DNA of 64,000 bases from Chryseosolibacter sp. (GCA_036402075.1 DASWTP010000141.1:2357-66356); one strand, 5' to 3'; numbered from the stretch's first letter, positions 36,440 to 47,617 are shown. Made by a program: numbers and translations. Notes: generated by a model not told the origin, from the sequence alone.

Positions 36440-37648
36440 ATGAAAAACGAAAGACTACTCCTGCTGATTCTGGCTGCCGCAATGTTCACCCACATCATGG
36501 ATTTCATGATCATGATGCCGCTGGGGCCTCAACTGATGCGAATCTTCGACATTACCCCTCAGCAGTTTTCTTTGCTCGTGGCTTCGTATACCATTACCGC
36601 AGGTGTATCAGGATTCGCGGCTGCGTTTCTCATCGACCGATACGATCGCAAGAAATCCCTGTTGTTTGTGTACATCGGATTTGCTCTGGGAACGCTGGCC
36701 TGCGCCTTCGCTCCAACGTATGCGATATTGCTCATCACACGATCCATGGCCGGGGCTTTCGGGGGTGTGCTGGGCGCCATCATCCTGGCGATCGTAAGTG
36801 ACGCGGTACCGCTCGAAAGGCGAGCGCAAGGAATCGGGATGGTGATGGCTTCATTCGGTGTTGCCTCTGTGCTGGGTGTTCCGTTCGGATTATTTATCGC
36901 GACCAGGTCGTCATGGCATGCACCGTTTCTTCTGCTGGGAGGTTTGGCGGTGGTCATCACCTTGCTGATTATTGCATTCGTCCCCAGCATGACCAAGCAC
37001 CTCAATGCAAACGGTCATTTGAGCCCCATGCAGGTGCTGCGGGAAATTTTTGGAAAACGTAACTCCAGGATCGGATTGACCTTTAGCTCCATTCTGATGC
37101 TGGGCCACTTCACCATTATTCCATTTGTCGCGCCTTATATGGTAGGAAACGTTGGATTCTCCGAATCGCAGCTTGCCTACATTTACCTCGTAGGCGGAGT
37201 GTGCACACTCTTCTTTTCTCCGTGGGTAGGAAAGATGGCTGACAAGCATGGCCGTCTGAAGATCTTCACGATTTTCGGATCACTGGTCATTATTCCAATT
37301 CTTGTGATTACGAACCTGGTACCAGTTCCAATTTGGGCGGCATTGATCATAGCGGCCATATTCTTCATTTTCAGTAACGGGCGAATGGTTCCTTCTACGA
37401 CAATGGAGACGGCCATCATCAAGCCTGAGTTTCGCGGAAGTTACATGAGTATCCGGTCGTCCGTTCAGCAGCTGAGTTCAGGAATTGCCGCATTTATTGC
37501 CGGCTTGATCATCACTGAACAACCATCGATTTTTGATCCACAGGCAAAGGCCCTCGTGAATTACAATTATGTTGGGATGATTGCCGTGTTCTTCAGCCTG
37601 GTGTCACTCTATGTGGCGAGGAAACTGACAGTGGCAACGAGCGCGTGA
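36440..37648 (+). CDS. MFS transporter (DHA1/AraJ-like)
   Basis: DFMIMMPLGP and DRYDRK motif A; about 12 TM helices. Confidence 0.9.
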   Translation: MKNERLLLLILAAAMFTHIMDFMIMMPLGPQLMRIFDITPQQFSLLVASYTITAGVSGFAAAFLIDRYDRKKSLLFVYIGFALGTLACAFAPTYAILLITRSMAGAFGGVLGAIILAIVSDAVPLERRAQGIGMVMASFGVASVLGVPFGLFIATRSSWHAPFLLLGGLAVVITLLIIAFVPSMTKHLNANGHLSPMQVLREIFGKRNSRIGLTFSSILMLGHFTIIPFVAPYMVGNVGFSESQLAYIYLVGGVCTLFFSPWVGKMADKHGRLKIFTIFGSLVIIPILVITNLVPVPIWAALIIAAIFFIFSNGRMVPSTTMETAIIKPEFRGSYMSIRSSVQQLSSGIAAFIAGLIITEQPSIFDPQAKALVNYNYVGMIAVFFSLVSLYVARKLTVATSA

Positions 37649-37654
37649 AAAACA

Positions 37655-37697
37655 GTTTTGTTTTGTGGTTACCAGGTGAACCCGCTCCACAAAAAAC
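37655..37697. terminator. Possible bidirectional terminator between convergent genes
   Basis: GTTTTGTTTTGTGG ... CCACAAAAAAC inverted repeat with a large loop. Confidence 0.35.
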
Positions 37698-37716
37698 TAC
37701 AGATTACAAACTGGTA

Positions 37717-38952
37717 TTACTCAAAGCGCAGCGACTCAATCGGATCTAGCTTCGAAGCCTTGCTTGCCGGATAATAACCGGAGATCAGCCCAACCACAAC
37801 GCAGACAATCATGCCGAGCATCATTTCGAACCATGGAATGACAAAACCATCAATGCTCATCAGGCTGGCCAGCAGGTTGCCAATGAGAATACCGAGGATA
37901 ACTCCGGTGATCCCGCCAAGAACGCAAACCACGATCGCCTCGACAACGAACTGCTGACGGATACGCAGCGGTGTCGCACCGAGTGCTTTCCGCACGCCTA
38001 CTTCGCGCGTGCGCTCCGTTACCGACACCAGCATAATGTTCATCAGCGCAATTGACGCACCGAGGAGGGTAATAAATCCAATTCCAAATCCGGCAATTCG
38101 CAATCCACCGGTGATACTTTCCAATTCCTGCGCAAGTGTCTCGCTTTTTTCTATTTCGAAAGAATTCTCGCGACCAACCTGGTCACCACGAATTCTACGC
38201 ATCAGTCCGGTAGCTTCGCCCATCGCATAATCCATGCGCGCAGGGTCTGCAATACCCACTGTCATATCGTACCAAAGCCCGCGACCCTTCGCCATTTGAT
38301 TGGCTTTAATGATTGGAATCACTACCATGTTATCAAAGTTCTCCTCCGCGATATCGCCTTTTTCTTTCATCACCCCGATAATTTTAAACTGAGTTCCGAG
38401 GGTGCTGATTTCCTGGCCAATGACATTACCTTTCTTCGGGAAAAGCTTCTCATAAATCTTGTAGCCGATCACGGCCACCTGGGTGCCATACTGCACTTCG
38501 ATCTGCGAAAAGCCTCGTCCCTGGTACATTTCAAGACCGTTAAGCGCGAAATATTCCTCGTTCGAACCAACTATACCGATGTTTGGGTTAGTTTTTTCCG
38601 ACTTATGCTTTACCTCCGCCAGCCACGAAACATATGTTGACAAGCTGATGGTGGACGGGACCTCGTATTGGTCGATAAACCGGAAGGCCTGGTTCATGGT
38701 GATCTGAGGATACGTTTTTTCGGTAACGCCTTGCGAGCTGGATCCGCGGTTGGTTTTGCTTCTTACATCGAACGTGTTCACGCCCAGCGATGAAAGGCTT
38801 TCATTTACCGACTGCTCGATGCCTGAGATTGTGGTAAGCATGCCTACGAGGGCGGTAATTCCTATGGCGACAATCAGGGCAGTTAACACCGACCTGAGGA
38901 GGTTTGCCTTAATGGACCGAAGTCCCTCGCGAATATTCTCTAATAAATCCAT
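37717..38952 (-). CDS. ABC transporter permease (MacB_PCD/FtsX family)
   Basis: [31 protein letters not shown] and [13 protein letters not shown] motifs. Confidence 0.93.
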   Translation of the reverse strand: MDLLENIREGLRSIKANLLRSVLTALIVAIGITALVGMLTTISGIEQSVNESLSSLGVNTFDVRSKTNRGSSSQGVTEKTYPQITMNQAFRFIDQYEVPSTISLSTYVSWLAEVKHKSEKTNPNIGIVGSNEEYFALNGLEMYQGRGFSQIEVQYGTQVAVIGYKIYEKLFPKKGNVIGQEISTLGTQFKIIGVMKEKGDIAEENFDNMVVIPIIKANQMAKGRGLWYDMTVGIADPARMDYAMGEATGLMRRIRGDQVGRENSFEIEKSETLAQELESITGGLRIAGFGIGFITLLGASIALMNIMLVSVTERTREVGVRKALGATPLRIRQQFVVEAIVVCVLGGITGVILGILIGNLLASLMSIDGFVIPWFEMMLGMIVCVVVGLISGYYPASKASKLDPIESLRFE

Positions 38953-39107
38953 AGGATTGAAACGAACGTTATACCCTAATACGTTGATAAAACAGGCTTA
39001 AATGTTACATCGGGGGCCTGATTTTTTATCAAAAATCTATATTTACCCGTTTTAACAGGAATTCAGCTTTTGAATAAGTAAATTTAATACATAAAGATTC
39101 GTTTACG

Positions 39108-40364
39108 ATGCGGTTTGCGGTTTTGTTGTTCATGGTTCTGATTGCCCGGGTAGCCTCGGCAAACTCAATCCTTATTCCGATGGATGGAAAACAGGCTAAC
39201 CACCTCAAGGCTTACGGCATCGCCTACTGGGTGCTGAAAAACGAGTTGGAAGTTGATTGGCTGCTCAACTATCGTGGAGGCAGCTTTATGATCAAGCACC
39301 ACCCAGCCATTCAGAATGAGCTTGTCGTTAGGGGCGTCAGCTTCGAGGTGATCTCTGACGCGCAGGCAAACGAGATTCTCACTGAAATTGCAAGTCCGGC
39401 TGTGAACTATGACGTAATGAAGCTGGAAAAGTATCCGCGCATTGCAGTTTATTCACCAAAGTCAAAACAACCATGGGATGATGCGGTAACGCTGGTCCTT
39501 ACGTATGCTGAAATACCTTACGACATTATTTTCGATGACGAAGTAATGAGCGGATCACTGCCAAAGTACGACTGGCTTCACCTCCACCACGAAGATTTTA
39601 CAGGCCAGTATGGCAAATTCTACAGCCAGTTCAGCAACATGCCGTGGTATGTGGAGCAAGTAAAAGAATCTGAAGACCTCGCACGAAAGCACGGCTTTCA
39701 CAAAGTGTCCCAACTGAAGCTTGCCGTTTCAAAAAAGATTAAGGAGTTCGTCACCGGAGGGGGGTTTCTTTTCGCGATGTGTTCGGCAACCGACAGTTAC
39801 GACATCGCGCTCGCTGCTGATGGTGTAGACATTTGCGAGAAGATGTACGATGGCGATCCGGCCGATCCGCAAGCTCAGGAAAAACTCAACTTTGAAAACA
39901 CCCTGGCATTTACCGATTTCCGACTTGTTCGTGATCCGTATCAATATGAGTTCTCTGATATTGATAATAATCCGCAGGAACGGGGCATGCGCCAGGACAA
40001 CGACTACTTCAGCATCTTCGAATTCTCGGCCAAATGGGATCCCATTCCAACCATGCTGACACAAAATCATACAAGGGTCATTTCCGGATTCTTCGGTCAG
40101 ACTACCGGTTTCAAAAAACAACTTATCAAACCTGATGTTGTGCTGATGGGAGAAAACAAAGAAATCAAGGAAGCGAAATACATTCACGGTGTGATGGGTA
40201 AAGGCTTCTGGACATTTTATGGTGGTCACGATCCGGAAGATTATCAGCATCAGGTGAATGAAGAACCTACTGACCTGAATCAACATCCCAATTCCCCGGG
40301 ATACAGATTGATCCTAAATAATATCTTGTTTCCGGCTGCAAAAAAGAAAAAGCAGAAAACGTAA
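39108..40364 (+). CDS. Conserved Bacteroidota exported protein (often auto-annotated 'asparagine synthetase B'), class I GATase-like
   Basis: Signal peptide; NHLKAYG, DWLHLHHEDF, GGFLFAMCSA and GHDPED motifs; basic KKKKQKT end. Confidence 0.8.
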   Translation: MRFAVLLFMVLIARVASANSILIPMDGKQANHLKAYGIAYWVLKNELEVDWLLNYRGGSFMIKHHPAIQNELVVRGVSFEVISDAQANEILTEIASPAVNYDVMKLEKYPRIAVYSPKSKQPWDDAVTLVLTYAEIPYDIIFDDEVMSGSLPKYDWLHLHHEDFTGQYGKFYSQFSNMPWYVEQVKESEDLARKHGFHKVSQLKLAVSKKIKEFVTGGGFLFAMCSATDSYDIALAADGVDICEKMYDGDPADPQAQEKLNFENTLAFTDFRLVRDPYQYEFSDIDNNPQERGMRQDNDYFSIFEFSAKWDPIPTMLTQNHTRVISGFFGQTTGFKKQLIKPDVVLMGENKEIKEAKYIHGVMGKGFWTFYGGHDPEDYQHQVNEEPTDLNQHPNSPGYRLILNNILFPAAKKKKQKT

Positions 40365-40548
40365 TCTTTATCGCCTGGCGCAAAACGGTTCCAGACCGGT
40401 ATGTACTCGTTCATGATAGTGCCTCAACTACTACTTTTTGACTATTACACAAAAGCGATCACCCGAAAATTTGGCGAGTCTATTTTCTAATAACTCTGAA
40501 TCGGCCGAAACGCCTGTGCTTTCTAGCTGAATTTTGCTAATTTCGATC

Positions 40549-40935
40549 ATGCCCAAACCTGCTCCGACATGTGTCGCACTTGTGATTGCTTTTGCCCTGT
40601 CACTTTCACTACAAGGGTGTGCTCAGGCAACACAAAGCTCGCGGGAAACGCTCGATGCTATTGCCAGGAGGAAGCTAGGAGAAAAGTATGCGATTACATA
40701 CAATGCGTCCAAAGACTACGCGTTATGCCAGCAGACAAGCAGTGGCCAGGACCATGCGCTGCGAAGGTTTAAATTTATCGTTGTCAGCGTTTCGGAAAAC
40801 ACAATCATAAATGAAGGCTCGTTTAAAGATGGCTATGTAAAGTGGATTGACAATAAATCGATAGAAGTAAGTTCAGGCGGGACGGATGAAAAACGGCAGA
40901 CAAGAATTGTGAACGTCAACGAACAGCAATCGTAA
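40549..40935 (+). CDS. Hypothetical lipoprotein
   Basis: Lipobox LSLQGC; stop is 5 nt before the next gene. Confidence 0.7.
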   Translation: MPKPAPTCVALVIAFALSLSLQGCAQATQSSRETLDAIARRKLGEKYAITYNASKDYALCQQTSSGQDHALRRFKFIVVSVSENTIINEGSFKDGYVKWIDNKSIEVSSGGTDEKRQTRIVNVNEQQS

Positions 40936-40940
40936 GTCGT

Positions 40941-43900
40941 GTGAAAAAAATCCTATTCTCCATATCGCTATTTTTTGTCGGGATGCTGACTGTCATCCAT
41001 TTCGACTTCATGATCAGGACGGCTGAAAACACGTGGAATGAAATTGAGGAAAGCCCGGAACCCTATACTGAGAATGAAGAAGAAGAGGAAGAACACAAAG
41101 TAGATCAGCCTGACAAGTTCCTGGAATATCATCGTGGCATCCGGACGCGCGCTGACCAGTCGGCTCCGGGCTACGCTTCCAACTACAAATGGCTTGAGCT
41201 GAGGAAAGCACGCGCTAGCCAACTCACCCGACTCCGGAGTGGCCGGACAAAATCGAGTAACGTAATGGCTTGGAAGGAACGTGGCCCCGCCAATGTACCT
41301 GGCCGGATCCGAGCGCTGTATGCGGTGCCGGCAGACGCGGCAAACAACACATGGCTCGCGGGCGCAGCTACCGGGGGAATCTGGAGAACAACCGATGGCG
41401 GCAACACCTGGTCAGAACGCAGTGCAGATTTTCCAGTGTTGCCAATTTCCAGTTTTGCGTCAGACAACACGGGTTCAGTTATCTATGCAGGCACTGGTGA
41501 ATTCGTATCCAGCGTTTTTTCAGCCATCGGCAACGGTATTTTCAAATCCACCGACAATGGCGTTTCATGGAACCAGGTTGCAAGCACAGCAAACAATCCC
41601 GACTTCACAATTGTAACACGCATTGTCGTGTCGCCATCCAATCCAAACCTGGTCCTCGCCACCACGGTTCCCCATAACCTCACCACTGGAACTTCGAAAA
41701 TTATGCGGTCAACGGATGGCGGTGCTACCTGGACAAAAGTTCAGGAGATCAACGGGGCGTTTGAACAGATAATTGCAACACCTGGAAATTTTGCCACACA
41801 GTTTGCTGCGGAGAAGGGCGTTGGTGTGTGGAAATCAACTGACGCAGGACTCACCTGGAACTTGTCTAATACCGGAATGAAGCCGGCAGGGCGCCTTGAA
41901 ATTTCGGTTTCACCTGTTAACCCTTCCCGCATTTATGTCAGCAGTGAAGGAACGCTTTCAGGAAGCGAATCCGACCTGTATGTTTCGAACAATGCTGGCG
42001 CTTCGTGGTCGCTGGTTGATGTCACCTTCAACGGCAACGTAATTGATTTCCTCGAGGGTCAGGGCTTTTATGACAACACCATACTCGCTCATCCTTTCGT
42101 TGAGAACGAAGTATACTTTGGCGGTGTGAGCTTATTCAAAACCACCGTGGGCACGTCATCTTCAAATGTTTCCTACTTCGAGATTGCAGAAGACGATACC
42201 GACTTTATGGTGCTGCAAACATTCAGTAACGCCACGGAAGATCAGGGACGGTTAAGTTTGGGTAATTCGCACGATAATATTACTGTCGAGATTCGATTTG
42301 GCCCGGGCGAGTCTCAGAAGGCGCATCGATTTGAAGTGCCGGCAGGTGCAACCTCCGGAGTTCCAGCCGCGAACTACACTTATAAAAATTATGTCAATGT
42401 TCCCTTCGAAGCATGGGACATGACTAACAATCGCCAATTGATGGTCTCGTTCCGCGATCAAAATGCAAATGGCAGTTTCGACCTGGTCAGCGCCAACCTC
42501 GAGGGTGCTGCCAATGTGCAGAGCCGCGAATATGTTTACATCCATAACGTTGCCTACAATGCATCATCACCGGCTCCAACGGTTACCATCAGCGGTGGAC
42601 ACGAAGCTGGAACTGCCTACACGTTCTTCCCTGCACTCGCTCCCGGTGAGACATGGAACGAAAGCGCTCTTCCCGTTTCAAAGCTTACCATCAAACGAAA
42701 TACGGTTCAAAAACTTTCTGGCACCACGGTAACTGTAGCCGATGGCCGTGGCGACTTTGATGATAAGAATACGGTGAACCAGGTCGATTTGAATCTGGGA
42801 GTACATCCTGACCACCACTTCATCGTTCCCCTGATCACCAGCCAGGTTGCCAAAACATTTCGCTTACTCATTGGGAATGACGGTGGTGTGTTTGTGTCAA
42901 AGTCATCCACAAGCGCAGGCACTTCACAGGGCGATTGGACGTTTAAAGGCTTCGGGTTGAACACGAGTCAATTCTATGGGGCAGATAAACGACCCGGCAA
43001 GGAGCAATATATTGGTGGAATGCAGGACAATGGCACGCGCGTTTCAAAAAGTGATATCGAAGCGGACAACACCACAGCCTACGATTTTGCGATTGGAGGA
43101 GATGGTTTTGAGGTTATCTGGAACAGCAAAAATCCGAAGCTGATGATGGGGTCGATTTATTACAGCCAGATTTCCCGAACAATAAATGGTGGCGTTACAT
43201 GGCAGCAATCAACCACAGGATTCACGCCCGGCAGCGGTGAATTTCCGTTTGTAACAAAGCTAGCCAATTCCAAAGATTTTCCGGATCGCGTGTTTACCGT
43301 GGGATCGTCAGGCGTGTACCGATCGGAGAATTTTGGATCATCGTGGACACTCGTTCCGATCGCATCGAATTTCGTTATCGGCACACCGTTCTACCTCGAT
43401 GTGGAAGTGTCACGTGCCAATGCAAACATTGTTTGGGCCGGTAGCGGAATGAACAACACAGGAACACAGCGATTCCTCCATGTCTCACAGGATGGTGGAA
43501 AAACGTTTGCCCCAACTCAGAATTACACGCAGGTACCGTTGGGTAATATTACCAAACTTGCCTCCCACCCTACTCAGCAGAACACCGCCTACGCTATTTT
43601 CTCCTTTTCTGATAGTCCAAAGATTTTACGCACCACTGACCTGGGTCAGTCGTGGACTGACATTACGGGTTTCGGGACGAGCAATGAAAGTTCGAACGGT
43701 TTCCCGGATGTAGCGGTGTACTGCTTGTATGTCCATGCCGACAATCCGAATGTGCTGTGGGCGGGAACAGAGATTGGAATTGTCGAATCGGTTGATAATG
43801 GAGCAAGCTGGGCGGTGATTGACGATTTCCTTAACGTGTCAGTGTGGGATATGAAAGGTCAGGATAACGAAGTTGTGATTGCGACACATGGGCGTGGAAT

Positions 43901-44987
43901 CTGGAGTGCCATTCTGCCGCAGGAGCAAGAGGCGATTCAAAGCCCGGAGATTCTCGCGGCAGGCACGTCCCCTGACAACAAGTTTGCTGTGCGAATCAAG
44001 ACGTCCACCTTCTTTGATTCGCTCGTGGTCTTCGCTGGATCACAACGGTTGCACTCTGTTGTCAATGCCGCAGCTGCAACGCGCGATCTCACCATCTCGA
44101 ATGTTTCCCCTGGAACCAAAGAAGTAAAGGTATTTGGCTACGTTGGCAACGCCCCGCACCAGTCGATGCTGTTTGAGACTACTCACCATGCGCTGCTGGC
44201 TGCTAAAAATTCTTACTCTACCTACTTCACAACTGTAAATGACCTTGCCCTCCAGGGCATTGTGCTTCAAAATTTTCCAAACGCCCCGGCAGGTCAGCGC
44301 AAGACGTTGCACACCAACCATTCGTATTCTACCAACACAGACTACGAAGTTTTTGTGAAGACCCCGATTACAGTTTCGTCAAGCATCCCGACTTTGTACT
44401 ACAGTGACATTGCCGTGATCGAGCCGGACAACGATTTCATTGCCATAGAGGCGACAAAGAACGGCCTCGACTGGTTGCCGCTAACCGCACAGTATGACGC
44501 ATCGTTCGCTGGTGACACGGAAGGTAAATGGCTTACGGCATTTCTCTCGCGAAGTGTCGGCACGGCTCCAATGTTTCTTCATCACGAATTGGACATCAGC
44601 CAAACCTTTGCTGCTGGCGAGCTTTTGCTCTTCAGGTTTAGAATGAAGTCGGATATTGAGACTACTGCGTGGGGGTGGGCGATCAACTATATCAGCATCC
44701 AGGAGCCGCCCGTTGCAACCGAAGTGCAGCATGAGCGTTCGTTCTCGGTGTTCCCGAACCCGGCAAAGGATGTTGTCGCAATTTCCTTCGAATTGCAAAG
44801 TACAAGCGATATCTCCATACAGGTCGTGGACCTTTTTGGTCGTCCAGTCTACAATGAGCGATTCCAGGAGACTGCCGGGACACATGAAAAGAATTTGCAG
44901 CTCGGGAGTACTGCAGGCGGTCACTACCTGGTGATTTTAAAGACACCGGAAGGAAAGCTGACGCGAAAGCTTGTGGTGCAACGTTAG
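40941..44987 (+). CDS. BNR/Asp-box (VPS10-like) beta-propeller protein with T9SS type A CTD
   Basis: WKERGP.NVPGR, many S/T-x-D-x-G-x-T/S-W Asp boxes, GGMQDNG, ATHGRGIW, C-terminal VFPNP...G.YLV...KLVVQR. Confidence 0.9.
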   Translation: MKKILFSISLFFVGMLTVIHFDFMIRTAENTWNEIEESPEPYTENEEEEEEHKVDQPDKFLEYHRGIRTRADQSAPGYASNYKWLELRKARASQLTRLRSGRTKSSNVMAWKERGPANVPGRIRALYAVPADAANNTWLAGAATGGIWRTTDGGNTWSERSADFPVLPISSFASDNTGSVIYAGTGEFVSSVFSAIGNGIFKSTDNGVSWNQVASTANNPDFTIVTRIVVSPSNPNLVLATTVPHNLTTGTSKIMRSTDGGATWTKVQEINGAFEQIIATPGNFATQFAAEKGVGVWKSTDAGLTWNLSNTGMKPAGRLEISVSPVNPSRIYVSSEGTLSGSESDLYVSNNAGASWSLVDVTFNGNVIDFLEGQGFYDNTILAHPFVENEVYFGGVSLFKTTVGTSSSNVSYFEIAEDDTDFMVLQTFSNATEDQGRLSLGNSHDNITVEIRFGPGESQKAHRFEVPAGATSGVPAANYTYKNYVNVPFEAWDMTNNRQLMVSFRDQNANGSFDLVSANLEGAANVQSREYVYIHNVAYNASSPAPTVTISGGHEAGTAYTFFPALAPGETWNESALPVSKLTIKRNTVQKLSGTTVTVADGRGDFDDKNTVNQVDLNLGVHPDHHFIVPLITSQVAKTFRLLIGNDGGVFVSKSSTSAGTSQGDWTFKGFGLNTSQFYGADKRPGKEQYIGGMQDNGTRVSKSDIEADNTTAYDFAIGGDGFEVIWNSKNPKLMMGSIYYSQISRTINGGVTWQQSTTGFTPGSGEFPFVTKLANSKDFPDRVFTVGSSGVYRSENFGSSWTLVPIASNFVIGTPFYLDVEVSRANANIVWAGSGMNNTGTQRFLHVSQDGGKTFAPTQNYTQVPLGNITKLASHPTQQNTAYAIFSFSDSPKILRTTDLGQSWTDITGFGTSNESSNGFPDVAVYCLYVHADNPNVLWAGTEIGIVESVDNGASWAVIDDFLNVSVWDMKGQDNEVVIATHGRGIWSAILPQEQEAIQSPEILAAGTSPDNKFAVRIKTSTFFDSLVVFAGSQRLHSVVNAAAATRDLTISNVSPGTKEVKVFGYVGNAPHQSMLFETTHHALLAAKNSYSTYFTTVNDLALQGIVLQNFPNAPAGQRKTLHTNHSYSTNTDYEVFVKTPITVSSSIPTLYYSDIAVIEPDNDFIAIEATKNGLDWLPLTAQYDASFAGDTEGKWLTAFLSRSVGTAPMFLHHELDISQTFAAGELLLFRFRMKSDIETTAWGWAINYISIQEPPVATEVQHERSFSVFPNPAKDVVAISFELQSTSDISIQVVDLFGRPVYNERFQETAGTHEKNLQLGSTAGGHYLVILKTPEGKLTRKLVVQR

Positions 44988-45590
44988 TTAGTGAATTCGG
45001 TCGCCCCGCACGTCAAGGGACCGGATTATTTCCGCCTCCTGGGAAAGCAGTTCGCGCCACCGGGTATTTACCTCGTCTTCCGGAAGATATTCTTTTGCAA
45101 GCTTCAGGAAATTCTTGTAATGGCCGGCTTCAGAAACCATAAGCTCATAGTAGAATTTAGAAAGTTCGGGGTCAGGCAGATTCTTCCAAAGCGTCTTAAA
45201 TCGTTCACAGCTCCGCGCCTCGATGAGCGCATTCATGAGTAGCTTCTCGAGAAGCTGCTGCTCGCGGCTGCCGCCTTTCTTTATTACCTTTTGAAGTTTG
45301 TCGACATATTCGTCTTTGCGCTGCCGGCCGAGTGGAATATTTCGCTTTCTCAATTCTTCGATCACCCGTTCGAAGTGACTCCATTCCTCCGCAACAACTG
45401 GAGTAAGCATATCAACCAGGGCCTGTTTTTCAGGATAGAGTATGATCAATGAAATGCACGAAGAGGCTGCCTTCTGCTCACAATACGCATGATCGATCAA
45501 AATCTCGGCAATATTTTTTTCAGCAATGTTTGCCCATCGCGGATCTGTCGGAAGTTCAAGGCCAAGTGTAAACTTATCTTTTGCATCCAT
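44988..45590 (-). CDS. miaE: tRNA-(ms2io6A37) hydroxylase
   Basis: DHAYCEQKAA, EEWSHF, LIEARSCERF and SEAGHY di-iron motifs. Confidence 0.92.
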   Translation of the reverse strand: MDAKDKFTLGLELPTDPRWANIAEKNIAEILIDHAYCEQKAASSCISLIILYPEKQALVDMLTPVVAEEWSHFERVIEELRKRNIPLGRQRKDEYVDKLQKVIKKGGSREQQLLEKLLMNALIEARSCERFKTLWKNLPDPELSKFYYELMVSEAGHYKNFLKLAKEYLPEDEVNTRWRELLSQEAEIIRSLDVRGDRIH

Positions 45591-45601
45591 GCGCGTAATC
45601 G

Positions 45602-47617
45602 TTAATCGTAGAAAGACCAATCGAAACCAAACTCAAACGTGTTTGGCTGGCCTGGATAGTTCGGGGTAGGCATATAACCAAGTTTGGAAAACGCCTGCAG
45701 CAGGTTATGATACTTAAAGAAAACCCGGCCACGTTTTACCTTTGCATTGATAAAAATATCAACGATCGGGTGGGCACGCACCTGGAAATCGTTTTGAATA
45801 TAAAATTGCCGCAACGGCACATCGTATCCCATTGCATTGTAAGCCGATCTCCAATTGACATCAACCCCGGTATGGATATCAAAGTTGCCGTTAAAGAAAA
45901 TGTTGGAATAAGCGAGCTGCGCATTGACTAACACTTTTGGTATTGAAAGAGCGCTGTCAGCATTCTCGAGTAGTTCAGTATAAATGGCGTTCGCGCTCAG
46001 GGTGATGTGCCTGAAAAAGGTCACCGCGAGATTTACTTCCGGTGAGGCGATGACTTGCCTTCCTGCAGATTGCAGCGGCACCACCCGTTGCAACGTATCC
46101 GAGACCTGCTTATAAAAAACGTAGTTGGACAGCCGCGTAAACGTGAGGCCGGGCGATATACTCAACACCTTTGACCGATAGTGCAGATGACCATTAAACT
46201 GCGTGCTTGTGATGTTTGAAAAGAAGTTGTTCCATTCATTGTAGGTGCCGCGATACGCTTGCTCCATGAAAGCAGGAGCGTATTGCATTTGCGTGAGCTT
46301 TGCATCAAACCACTTACTGGTAATCTGTCCGTAAAGGCGGTAGTATTTCTTTCCGGTGTAGGTAGAATCGGGATCCTGCATGAACTCCACACCTCCCCGT
46401 ACCTCTCCAATTGAATCCAGAAACAAGGAGAGCTTTCCACCAAAATAATGCTCATTGCCGATGTGTGCGAAGCGCAGCGAGTCGAAAGTAAGGTGCTCCG
46501 TTGTGTCGGCACGCATGCTCACGTACGACATAGAATAATGGCGAATGGCATAATACCCGTTCCAGAAAAGTTTACCGAGGCTTCCTTTCAGGCCAGCCTC
46601 ATTTCGCACAGCTTTGAATTTTGTGATATTGTCCGTGGTGTCGCGTTCAATCTCAACGAATTTACCGAAGAAGGGTGCCGTGGTAGTGGTCGGCACATCG
46701 GTAAACTTGTTGCGTTGCCGGTAGCGATCAAAAATGTGATACACCTGAAGTTGTTTCGCCAGCGAGTACTGATGAAACACATGATAGTTTGTTCTCAGGT
46801 CGTTGCTCTCTGCTGAAGTAAGCCACGGCTGTGCTGTTTCCTCAAAATAATTTACAAGCTCAAACGTGTCTTTCACGAGGTCTGTCCGCACTCCGCCAAA
46901 CTCCTCCACGCGGTGATAATTTCTCCTCACGTTTGCAAAAAGCCGGTACGTGCTGTCCTTGGAGTGGAATGTGGTGTACGCATCGTAATATGTTCCCCGC
47001 ACCAGCCTGTCTGCCTTGCCCCTCCGTTGAATATTCTTGTCGATGAGCAATGCCCGGTAGTTCATTCCAAAGTTCCAGTTCGGCCTAATATTCCGGCTAT
47101 AAGTTCCCTTTGTGATTGACCGTCCAAAACCTCCAAGGATGACTTTCATATTGGTGTAGGGAGAACGCGTGTTGTAATAACGGATGGGCTCTGTTTCCGT
47201 GTAGAGGTCGTACACATGAAGGCCCGAACGTTTCCCGATCACATCGGGCGTCTCATAGTACAACGGCCGAATCGCGGTGCCAATGTTCCCCAGATCCTGG
47301 TAGCGGTAGCCGAAACGCTGAACATAGTTGTACCGGTGGAAATTCCGGATGAGGGTGTCGATGGGCTGCAACGTTTCGCGGTTGAAAAACACATCCTCCT
47401 CGTAAAAGAACCGCGAGGTATTCGGACCGTAGATCTGCTTGGTGGTATCGTCCACCACCTGCGAACCCCTGCGAGGTCCCTTAATTCCGTCCTCCTGCGC
47501 AAGAGCCGAAAGAGAGATCAGACTTAACCAAAGAAAGAAAAATATTCGCAGTGAAGATCGTAATGACATAAATGAAATTGATGTCGGGGTCTTTGGGTCA
47601 GGCATGGGCAACTGCAT
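45602..47617 (-). CDS. Putative outer-membrane beta-barrel (Bacteroidota putative porin)
   Basis: Signal peptide, DLGNIGT motif, alternating beta-strand pattern, C-terminal FGFDWSFYD. Start may be 47605 or 47569. Confidence 0.8.
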   Translation of the reverse strand: MQLPMPDPKTPTSISFMSLRSSLRIFFFLWLSLISLSALAQEDGIKGPRRGSQVVDDTTKQIYGPNTSRFFYEEDVFFNRETLQPIDTLIRNFHRYNYVQRFGYRYQDLGNIGTAIRPLYYETPDVIGKRSGLHVYDLYTETEPIRYYNTRSPYTNMKVILGGFGRSITKGTYSRNIRPNWNFGMNYRALLIDKNIQRRGKADRLVRGTYYDAYTTFHSKDSTYRLFANVRRNYHRVEEFGGVRTDLVKDTFELVNYFEETAQPWLTSAESNDLRTNYHVFHQYSLAKQLQVYHIFDRYRQRNKFTDVPTTTTAPFFGKFVEIERDTTDNITKFKAVRNEAGLKGSLGKLFWNGYYAIRHYSMSYVSMRADTTEHLTFDSLRFAHIGNEHYFGGKLSLFLDSIGEVRGGVEFMQDPDSTYTGKKYYRLYGQITSKWFDAKLTQMQYAPAFMEQAYRGTYNEWNNFFSNITSTQFNGHLHYRSKVLSISPGLTFTRLSNYVFYKQVSDTLQRVVPLQSAGRQVIASPEVNLAVTFFRHITLSANAIYTELLENADSALSIPKVLVNAQLAYSNIFFNGNFDIHTGVDVNWRSAYNAMGYDVPLRQFYIQNDFQVRAHPIVDIFINAKVKRGRVFFKYHNLLQAFSKLGYMPTPNYPGQPNTFEFGFDWSFYD

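Noticed and set aside
37717-38952. Orphan MacB-like permease without an ATPase as a novelty
   Set aside because: Unlinked MacB/FtsX permease genes are common in Bacteroidota, and the ATPase can be encoded elsewhere.
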